The translations under genes and the position numbers were made by a program. From Histomonas meleagridis 2922-C6/04-290x (Eukaryota; Protista; Parabasalia), in the NCBI GenBank assembly GCA_020184695.1, contig JAANOX010000116.1, positions 62,001-126,000 of the forward strand: a stretch of 64,000 bases of DNA, read 5' to 3'. The notes beneath the pieces were generated by a model that saw only the letters and a program-made list of their open reading frames with translations, was not told the origin of the DNA and searched no databases. How positions within the stretch are numbered: position 1 is the stretch's first letter; every line of letters starts with the position of its first letter. This document shows positions 55,072-64,000 of this stretch, in pieces.

Positions 55072-55293
55072 ACAATTAAAATAATTGATTTATTTAATCA
55101 AAATTTTGAATTGACTCACTCTAAGTTTTTTATATCAAAATAAACTATTGTCTCCCTAATTGGAAACATCTTCAAGTAATGAAAGTCTGGTTCAAAACAT
55201 GCTTTTTTTTAAAATAAAAGTGACCATAAATTCATAGTTTATTTGGTCAGTTAATCTATTTAACGGTCATCCAAGATTTTTAAAAATTTAAAA

Positions 55294-55859
55294 ATGTTTA
55301 CTCTTTTTGATGGAATTATTCATAAAATTATTGATAGTCGAACTAAAAACGACAGTTTTAATCTTAGGTATTGATGGATCAGGTAAAACTACACTTAAAG
55401 AAGTTCTATGTAAACACGCAAACCCAACACGAAAACCTAAAAATATTTCCAACATATGGACTTAATACAGAGACCATTAAAGAAGGGAATATAATGATTC
55501 GAATTTGGGATCTCAGTGGACGCCAAAATTTTCGAAGTCTTTGGGAAGATTATTATCGAAGTTGTGATTTAGTTCTTTATTTAGTTAATGGACATCAAAT
55601 TGAACGTATTCATGAGACACGTAAAATATTTGATGAACTTTTATGTCGTTCAGCGACAGCAACAACAACAACAACAGAAACATCAACAACAACATCAACA
55701 ATGAAACCAATGATTGTGCTTTTATTTAATCAATGTGAGAATGATATTGTTGATATCTTTCCGAGTTCAGAACGTGTTCCAACATTTTTTATTGATTTAG
55801 AGAAACATCAAAATATTTCAGAATTATATGAATATATCAAATCTACTTCACACTATTAA
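55294..55859 (+). pseudogene. Duplicate of the ARFRP1-like GTPase with two A-run contractions (real pseudogene or sequencing error)
   Basis: Near-identical to 58251..58823, but A7>A5 at ~55345 and ~55440 give TGA at 55372-55374. Confidence 0.7.
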
Positions 55860-55959
55860 TTTATATAAGCATATGTGGATATAAATATATTTTTGTTTAA
55901 TAAACCATAAATTTTATTTTTTATTATTAATGGTAAAAAAATTTATTTACTCGTAAATT

Positions 55960-56260
55960 ATGAATATTTTTAGCATTAATATCAATTCCTAATTGTTCAA
56001 GAAGAAATTTATCTATTTGTATTATAAAAATAAAAGTGGTATATAAAATAATTTGAAACATAAAACCATCAAAACAAATTTTAATAAAACAAATCAATAT
56101 CTTTAGCATTAATATCAATTCCTTCTTGTTTAAGAAGTAATTTAAATATTTCTATATGACCATTTTGAGATGCAAGCATAAGTGCTGTTTCAAAGTAATA
56201 TATGCTTAAGAAGGAGTTTGACTATTTCTGTATAACCATTATTAAATGCATTCATAAGTG
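55960..56260 (-). pseudogene. Degraded ankyrin block/spacer remnants of the same family
   Basis: The minus strand contains TALMLASQNGHIEIFKLLLKQEGIDINAKD plus a spacer-like sequence and two partial units. Confidence 0.7.
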
Positions 56261-56780
56261 ATGCATTAATTATTTTTTAGAAATTCCATGCATTGTATTG
56301 AAACATCAAATTAAAAAAAATAAACTATAAGAAAAAGATTGAAATGTCTTAATCATTAAAATTAATACCTTTTGATCAATAAGAACCTTTGCAACTTCAT
56401 TAGAATGAAGTACTGTTTTAAAAATATTTGATGAACTTCAAAAAGATAAATAAAACACCAATCATTTAATAAAACCATATTTTTCATTGAGATTAAAGAT
56501 AAGTGAGATCCTCAAGCGATTATTAATTTTATTAACAAATCATAAAAATCAAACTACCTTATGTTTATATCATTATTCTTGTTTCAAATGTTTTTTCTTT
56601 TATTTTCTTTACACTTCCTTTTCTTGTATATTTAAAAAAAAATAGTATATAAACATTTGTTTTCAAATCATGATTCTTAACACATCAAATGAAATTATTT
56701 TATGAAAATCCAAAAATCACTTTTATATGTTTAAAAAAATTTGAAAATTAAATAATTTTTATTTATAAAATATATTTAAG

Positions 56781-58172
56781 TTATTTAGTGAAACCTCGAA
56801 GCGAAAAAACGCCGAATAACAAAACTCCGATTGAAGCAATTGTCAAAAGGTTATGAGATTTAATCTTTTTCCTTTCATTACTCTTTTTCTTTGATATATT
56901 ATTTCCGGCAATTTTCAACAGTTCCAATTCTTTTTCATTCATATTATCTTCAATTAAAATGAAATCCGGATATCCATATTTATAACATTTAGACAAAATG
57001 TAAGCAGATTCTGAATTTCCTTTTTCTGCTTCTTTTTTAAGGATATAAAACCAATTTTCATTAGCCTTCATAAGTGTTTCTATTCGTTTTAAATCAGTGT
57101 ATTTCTCGTAATAAAATATCGATTCAATTAAATCCTTTGAAACTCCTTTACCAAGTTCTAACATTTGTGAATAATACTTACAACAATCAATCGAATTTAA
57201 ATCCGCAGCTTTTTTATAATATTTAGCTGCTTCTTCAATATTTTTGATTTCGTTTTCAAGGATAAAAGCACAATTGACTGTCGATTGAACGTCGTCGAAT
57301 TTTTCAGAACACTCTTTGAAATATTTGAATGACTCTTTGATGTCTTTTTTGACTTTTTCAGTGCCGATAGCAAGCGATAATCCGTAGTTGAACAACGATT
57401 GCTTGTGACCACTATCAGCGCCAAGCTTGCAATAATGTAATGCTAATGTTTCATCAATAGGTATACCTCCAAGTCCATAATGATAAATTTGCCATAATTT
57501 ATAATGTGCCTCTTGAAAGCCTAAATCTGAAGCTAACTTATAATATGAAACTGCTAATTTTTCGTTAATGGGAACACCAATGCCATACCAAAGGTGTTCC
57601 GCATAGGCATATGCACCATTGCTATTTCCTTTGTCTGCTGATGATTTGGCATAAAAAGATGATTTTTGTAAATCTTTTGTACAGCCAACTCCATTTTCAT
57701 ACATGGTACTAAGCTGAAGATCAGCATCAGAATGACCGAGAGATGAGCATTTTTCAAATATTGAAAGTGCTTGCTTTTGTGATTGCAAATCTGATTGAAG
57801 AAGACATTTTCCATACATATAAGTGGATTCAAGGTCCCCTTGATCTGAGCATGTCTTGAAGTATTTTAATGCATTCGTAAAATCATTTGATTGAAAATAT
57901 TTCATCCCTAATTGGAATTGTGATTCGATGTTGTTTTCATCAACTTCGCCCGTTTGAGAATAAATTTTTTCATTAGATTCTGTTTCGTTTTTTGTTGCCT
58001 GTATTTTAGAAAAATAGCGAACATGTTTTGTGTTAATCTGTATTTCATAAGTTTTTAATAATTTTAGTTCAACACCTTTGAGAGAGCTTTTCCCATTGGA
58101 AAATGATATCTTGGGGTTGATTAATAAATTTTTTGCTTTGAACTTAGCAAAGCAACATTTTTGGGTAAGCAT
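56781..58172 (-). CDS. SEL1-repeat protein with a C-terminal tail anchor
   Basis: Multiple Sel1 repeats (MYENGVGCTKD, HLWYGIGVPIN) and C-terminal LLTIASIGVLLFGVFSLRGFTK*. ATG at 58172 or 58184. Confidence 0.85.
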   Translation of the reverse strand: MLTQKCCFAKFKAKNLLINPKISFSNGKSSLKGVELKLLKTYEIQINTKHVRYFSKIQATKNETESNEKIYSQTGEVDENNIESQFQLGMKYFQSNDFTNALKYFKTCSDQGDLESTYMYGKCLLQSDLQSQKQALSIFEKCSSLGHSDADLQLSTMYENGVGCTKDLQKSSFYAKSSADKGNSNGAYAYAEHLWYGIGVPINEKLAVSYYKLASDLGFQEAHYKLWQIYHYGLGGIPIDETLALHYCKLGADSGHKQSLFNYGLSLAIGTEKVKKDIKESFKYFKECSEKFDDVQSTVNCAFILENEIKNIEEAAKYYKKAADLNSIDCCKYYSQMLELGKGVSKDLIESIFYYEKYTDLKRIETLMKANENWFYILKKEAEKGNSESAYILSKCYKYGYPDFILIEDNMNEKELELLKIAGNNISKKKSNERKKIKSHNLLTIASIGVLLFGVFSLRGFTK

Positions 58173-58250
58173 AAAAGTGACCATAAATTCATAGTTTATT
58201 TGGTCAGTTAATCTATTTAACGGTCATCCAAGATTTTTAAAAATTTAAAA

Positions 58251-58823
58251 ATGTTTACTCTTTTTGATGGAATTATTCATAAAATTATTGATAGTCGAAC
58301 TAAAAAAACGACAGTTTTGATCTTAGGTATTGATGGATCAGGTAAAACTACACTTAAAGAAGTTCTATGTCAACACGCAAACCCAACACGAAAACCTAAA
58401 AAAATATTTCCAACATATGGACTTAATACAGAGACTATTAAAGAAGGGAATATAATGATTCGAATTTGGGATCTCAGTGGACGCCAAAATTTTCGAAGTC
58501 TTTGGGAAGATTATTATCGAAGTTGTGATTTAGTTCTTTATTTAGTTAATGGACACCAAATTGAACGTATTCATGAGACACGTAAAATATTTGATGAACT
58601 TTTATGTCGTTCAGCGACAGCAACAACAACAACAGAAACATCAACAACAACAACAACAGCAACAATGAAACCAATGATTGTGCTTTTATTTAATCAATGT
58701 GAGAATGATATTGTTGATATCTTTCCGAGTTCAGAACGTGTTCCAACATTTTTTATTGATTTAGAGAAACATCAAAATATTTCAGAATTATATGAATATA
58801 TCAAATCTACTTCACACTATTAA
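58251..58823 (+). CDS. ARFRP1/Arl3p-like small GTPase with atypical G3/G4 motifs and a poly-Thr insert
   Basis: MFTLFDGI N-terminus, LILGIDGSGKTT, PTYGLN, WDLSGR, SLWEDYY, FNQCE. Confidence 0.8.
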   Translation: MFTLFDGIIHKIIDSRTKKTTVLILGIDGSGKTTLKEVLCQHANPTRKPKKIFPTYGLNTETIKEGNIMIRIWDLSGRQNFRSLWEDYYRSCDLVLYLVNGHQIERIHETRKIFDELLCRSATATTTTETSTTTTTATMKPMIVLLFNQCENDIVDIFPSSERVPTFFIDLEKHQNISELYEYIKSTSHY

Positions 58824-59716
58824 TGAAATTTTTGTTTTGTTTTAATTTGTTTTTATTGTCAAAACAAAAATTCATATTTTAAGTGTTGGATAAAATATAT
58901 TTTTCCTCATTAATTTTGTACATAAATGCTCAATGAAATTAATAAAAATGTTTGAATTTGTCTATTTATTAAATTTTACACTTTTGAATATCTTTGCAAT
59001 CAGTTGGTTTTATAAATAAATAACCAATCAATATCAATTTTCTGACTTTTGGATGCAATAATAAATGCATCTTTCTCATTAGTAAATAAAAGAACAAAAA
59101 GAACAAATGCAAATCAAAAAGAAAACATTTTTTTTCGGATGTTGTGCAATCCAGTACATCCGGGATTGCACAACAAAAGTCTCAAAATGTGGATTTGGAT
59201 GCTCAACCAAACCAAAGTATACAATTGCCAACAATTCGAAAGTTTTCTTCAACACCAAACAATGCTGTTGCTTCTGATGAATGTGATAACAGTAATACAG
59301 ACAATAATAATAACGTCGTTCATAGGACAGTTAGGATTTCAAAGTCACAGAACTTTAGAAGAGTGATCCTAACACAATAAAAAATAAATAAACCTCAATA
59401 CATTCCTGGATGTTGCTCTTTTTATAATGTAATTGGTTGGTGTAATGCGCTTTGAATAATGCTTAGAAAATTTGATTTGGATTTAAATATATAAATTAAA
59501 GAGTATTTTGATTACCAAAAGATGCTGTATGGAATGCGTTTGGGAAAAACTAGTATTATTGTTCAAATAGAATATAATGAAACATTTATAATCATTTTTT
59601 AGTGCATTTGTAAAGGCACAAGTTTCATGTTGTTGTTAAGGCAAAATCAAAATGCTTGTGATAATCAAAAAAAAAATTAAAAATAAGATAATGGGAGAAG
59701 AAAAGGAAACAAAAAA

Positions 59717-60403
59717 TTGCAGCAGCCGTTTAAAAGACGTTTATTTGCAATGAAGAAATTTAAGCACGAATGGAATGGTCCAACTGCAATTGGATTTGAT
59801 GAAGATGAACAAAATGAAATAATTGAAATTCGAAGGAAACTTCGTAAAGCACTTTCACGTCGCCGCAGTCGTTTGGAAAATATTCAATCTCTTCAACAAA
59901 AGCAAAACTACATAGAAAACAGGTTCAATCAAAATTTAATGACATTAGATCTTCATAGCGCTGCTCTTAAATATGATAAAAGAAAACTTCATGGTATTAA
60001 TATTGGAATTGCAGAATATTTAGTAGATTCTTCCTTCCAAATCAAAGAATTTGAGTCGGAATCTCGTGGCCTAATTACAAAAAACAAAGAAAAGTTAAAA
60101 CAATTGGAAGAAAAGAAAAAAGCAGATTTTCAAAATGATATGAAACCGCTAGAAAAAGAGCTACAACAAAAAAGGCAAAAAGCTGAGGAATTAGAGGCAG
60201 AAGCAAGAAGTCTTGATGAAAAGGCTCGCCAAAAACAAAGGCAAATGGAGCAATACAAAGAATACCAAGAATGGGTTTCATTAAGTAATGAATACAACAG
60301 ACTTTGTGATGAAGCGATTGCACTGGAAAGAAGCCTTCCAAAGGAAAAAAGTATTTCCAAACCAATGCAAAGGAAAAACTTACACACAAGATTCTTTGAT
60401 TAA
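59717..60403 (+). CDS. Hypothetical coiled-coil protein (start uncertain)
   Basis: Lys/Glu/Gln-rich ORF. First in-frame ATG is 59750; an upstream ATG near 59690 joins if one A-run is miscounted. Confidence 0.65.
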   Translation: MQQPFKRRLFAMKKFKHEWNGPTAIGFDEDEQNEIIEIRRKLRKALSRRRSRLENIQSLQQKQNYIENRFNQNLMTLDLHSAALKYDKRKLHGINIGIAEYLVDSSFQIKEFESESRGLITKNKEKLKQLEEKKKADFQNDMKPLEKELQQKRQKAEELEAEARSLDEKARQKQRQMEQYKEYQEWVSLSNEYNRLCDEAIALERSLPKEKSISKPMQRKNLHTRFFD

Positions 60404-60800
60404 ATTGTTATATAAATTCGTATTAATATTTATTTCATTATAACTTTTTTGATATATTAGAAAAGACGCGTAAGTTATAAAATCTGTTTACTTTCATACA
60501 ACTACGAAGAATTGCTTGAAAAAAATATATAATGATCCTTGTGCTAGAAGATATTTATCACCGAAAATGCAGAAGATTTTAACTTTTACAAATGCATCAA
60601 ATTGTAAGTTGTTAAAAATGAAAGGCCTTAAACAACAGCTTCTTCAAAAAAGAATTATGAGTGAAATAAAATGGTATAATTTAACATCTGTTCATTTAAC
60701 TTTGTATGTATATATATACTTTTTTTATTTGTTAATAAAAAGCTCCTAATGAATGACACTCTTATCAAGGTAGACAGTTTTCCATAGTGTCTTTTAATAC

Positions 60801-62859
60801 TATATATTAAACTCGACTTGCGATTTCCACCCATCGTATATAGCGATCATCCTACGATCTTGATATCATGAATATATAATATATATACATTATTACATCT
60901 ATGATTAATATATATCTAAGAATAATATCATAATTAGCACGAGATAGATCTATTCTTTCATACCAAAAAGTGACAAAAAAATTGACTTTTTGTATGGTTT
61001 ATATCAAGCGATAGCAGCAACGATAAGTGACGATAGCAGCGAATTTGAATGATGGTAAATTTCACGATATTTTTACCCTTTCCTCGAAAAGATATTTATT
61101 TACATCATTGTAATTTGTCAACAGCCAAATTAAACGATTCTTGGTTTGTTAAAAAATAAAAATATTGATATTTTATCATAGAATCGTGATTTGTTTTTTA
61201 TTCCAAATAATTATATGAAATCTTGATTTTCTTGAATTTATTGAAAAAATGAATGATGTGATAATTTTCGTAATACCTTAATGATGTACTTATTTAACCT
61301 GATTAATGATTTATTATCAATAAAATAGTTTCTGTAGAATTACATATTCTTGAAATATCTTGAGACAAACGATACATTTTTTTCTGAAAAAAACGATTCT
61401 AAAGCATTGAATTTATTTGATGATTTTTTAATTTTTGTATTTTAGCAAAATGTTTAATTTTATTGAATGAATATTATACAAATTCAATTAGCAAATTATC
61501 TTTAAAATACTGACTTGAGATAAATTTATCGATATCTCATATACTCATGTGCTTTCAAATTTTAAATATATTACATTTTTCGAATTATCCGACATTATAT
61601 GTAATGATGTTGATTTCTCTATTTTTCCGAATATGATTCGATACCACCGCTTCCTGAGCAAACAAAATTCGAAAATTGTTTTTGAGAACGATACGAGCTG
61701 ATTGAGTGATTTTTATACGTCATTGCCCAAATAATTTCTGAATTTTTAATTTCTAAATAGATTAAGATATTATTCTTAGTTTTAAATTAATCATAGATGC
61801 AACTATGTATTTATATATTATATGTCCATAATATCAAGATCGTAGGATGATCGCTATATACGAACATAAGTTATTAATATCATTCTACATGTTCAAGCGG
61901 TTCGAAGTCAAATTTGAATGAGTGGACGTATAAAAATCACTCAATCAGCTCGTATCGTTCTCAAAAACAATTTTCGAATTTTGTTTGCTCAGGAAGCGGT
62001 GGTATCGAATCATATTCGGAAAAATAGAGAAATCAACATCATTACATATAATGTCGGATAATTCGAAAAATGTAATATATTTAAAATTTGAAAGCACATG
62101 AGTATATGAGATAAAAAAAATCGATAAATTTATCTCAAGTCAGTATTTTAAAGATAATTTGCTAATTGAATTTGTATAATATTCATTCAATAAAATTAAA
62201 CATTTTGCTAAAATACAAAAATTAAAAAAAAAAAAAAATCATCAAATAAATTCAATGCTTTAGAATCGTTTTTTTCAGAAAAAAATGTATCGTTTGTCTC
62301 AAGATATTTCAAGAATATGTAATTCTACAGAAACTATTTTATTGATAATAAATCATTAATCAGGTTAAATAAGTACATCATTAAGGTATTACGAAAAATT
62401 ATCACATCATTCATTTTTTCAATAAATTCAAGAAAATCAAGATTTCATATAATTATTTGGAATAAAAAACAAATCACGATTCTATGATAAAATATCAATA
62501 TTTTTATTTTTTAACAAACCAAGAATCGTTTAATTTGGCTGTTGACAAATTACAATGATGTAAATAAATATCTTTTCGAGGAAAGGGTAAAAATATCGTG
62601 AAATTTACCATCATTCAAATTCGCTGCTATCGTCACTTATCGTTGCTGCTATCGCTTGATATAAACCATACAAAAGTCAATTTTTGTCACTTTTTGGTAT
62701 GAAAGAATAGATCTATCTCGTGCTAATTATGATATTATTCTTAGATATATATTAATCATAGATGTAATAATGTATATATATTATATATTCATGATATCAA
62801 GATCGTAGGATGATCGCTATATACGATGGGTGGAAATCGCAAGTCGAGTTTAATATATA
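60801..62859. repeat. Large palindrome: arms 60801-61721 and 61925-62859 with a 203-bp spacer
   Basis: Read base by base, the arms are reverse complements, and the differences I found are homopolymer-length changes. No long ORF is present. Confidence 0.93.
60834..61863. mobile_element. Putative non-autonomous TIR element (~1.03 kb, ~97-bp imperfect TIRs)
   Basis: 60834-60929 is an inverted repeat of 61766-61863, with the terminal 33 nt identical (tcgtatatagcgatcatcctacgatcttgatat). No TSD was found. Confidence 0.55.
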
Positions 62860-63551
62860 TGTATCAATATATATTATAGTTGCAATATCAACTATTTAAT
62901 ATCATTAACCACCTGTTCTTGTAGATATACAATATATATATTATAAATTAATAAAAATATTATTTGAATAAGATCGTTTTTTTGTTTCAAATACATTTTC
63001 AAAAAATGATTTTTTTCTTATGGAAAGTAATTGATTCAGTTTCCTATTACTTCATGAATATACAAACTTATATAAATAAATATTTCAATGAATTATATCA
63101 ATACACAACTTTCAACCATTTAAAACATTTCAACCTCGATCGGAAGAATACATTTCATTAGTGATAACTTAATAAATTGATTATGATTTATATGTAATTT
63201 TATGTTTTGATATCTCTACATGATGTTAGTCCATCCATTATTATACATTTTCGATTAAATTACTTATCTTTCAAACATAATTTACTTCAAATATAATATA
63301 TTCAAACAATTTATAAGATGTTTTAAAGCATTCACATGAAATTATAATTCATAGTATATTATTATACTATTATTATACTAGTAATATTACAAGTTTCAGA
63401 TTCGATACTTTGATCGATTTATAATTGATTACCGATTTTACAAATGAATCGAAACAAATTTTAAACAGAAAGAATTTAATTCAGGAAAATTACGTAATTT
63501 ATATTTAATTCTCAATTTGACACGTATTTCCATATGATGAAAGAATTTTTA

Positions 63552-64000
63552 TTACTCTGCTGGATGCACTTCGTATGCCGAAGTTTCCTTAACCTTATTT
63601 CTGTTAGCGTATTGTTGGTAATTCTCCAGCACTCTATGTATCACAGACTTTGCTGTAAATTCCGGATAATCTGATTGTATTTCCTTGAATATTCCGAGTT
63701 GCTTCGGCACTCTAAACGCATCTTCGCCATTTAATCTCGATGGCGACGAACCCTCGACAACGAGCGATGGATTGATTTGGTCCATTAACTCTTTGGTGAT
63801 TACATATGGCGCGCCAATGATGACATCGTCGACGTATTTCATCGCAAGGACATTAAGGACTCGTTCTTGGAGAGTAAGAATTGGCATCGATGGGCACATA
63901 AGGGCTTCCATTGTTCTGTCATCGTGAACACCAACAACTAAGTAATCGCCTAATTCTTTGGCTTTACGAAGAAATGAGACATGTCCCGGATGTAAAAGAT
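63552..64000 (-). CDS. PCYT2: Ethanolamine-phosphate cytidylyltransferase, C-terminal part (5' end outside window)
   Basis: LLHPGHVSFLRKAKELGDYLVVGVHDD (HxGH), ILTLQERVLNVLAMKYVDDVIIGAPY. Confidence 0.87.
   Translation of the reverse strand, partial: LLHPGHVSFLRKAKELGDYLVVGVHDDRTMEALMCPSMPILTLQERVLNVLAMKYVDDVIIGAPYVITKELMDQINPSLVVEGSSPSRLNGEDAFRVPKQLGIFKEIQSDYPEFTAKSVIHRVLENYQQYANRNKVKETSAYEVHPAE

Noticed and set aside
37529-58823. Linkage of NatC subunit MAK10 with its likely substrate ARFRP1
   Set aside because: They are 19 kb and about a dozen unrelated genes apart, so coincidence is the simplest reading.
60801-62859. Palindrome as a Maverick/Polinton remnant
   Set aside because: It lacks AG...CT-type termini and any integrase, polB or capsid coding remnant, and I found no long ORF in the arms.

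Overview
This is AT-rich eukaryotic DNA in the standard code, almost certainly from a parabasalid (Trichomonas/Tritrichomonas-like). The evidence is compact intronless genes, trichomonad-type core promoter motifs (Inr TCAYT, M2 AAAGTGAC, M3 DRCSGYTD, M5 CCTTT before both ribosomal-protein genes) and an expanded DUF3447-type ankyrin family. About 30 genes are recognisable, including a neurofibromin-like RasGAP (runs off the left edge), GCP2, RPB8, TFIIE-beta, ADAT2, TOR, two head-to-head ABCB half-transporters, RAD51D-like, MAK10, a RhoGEF-Kelch, RPL3, PP1, DnaJ, RPS11, a duplicated ARFRP1-like GTPase, a SEL1 protein and an ethanolamine-phosphate cytidylyltransferase (runs off the right edge). 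The most unusual signal is in the ankyrin genes. Each repeat is a 90-nt stop-free coding block followed by an AT-rich spacer of exactly 80 nt (170-nt period, 15 of 18 measured spacers). The spacers shift the frame, often carry stops, and have no frame-restoring GT-AG or AT-AC solution, so they are candidate non-canonical introns or recoding elements. Other highlights are a 2.06-kb near-perfect palindrome built on a TIR element, a 63-aa stand-alone TAF1-like module with its own Inr, a 650-bp zinc-finger gene fragment captured in an ankyrin array, and a TOR lacking the rapamycin pocket. Caveat: homopolymer lengths look unreliable in this assembly, so single-base frameshifts in A/T runs may be errors. 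All family assignments come from motif recognition, not database searches.
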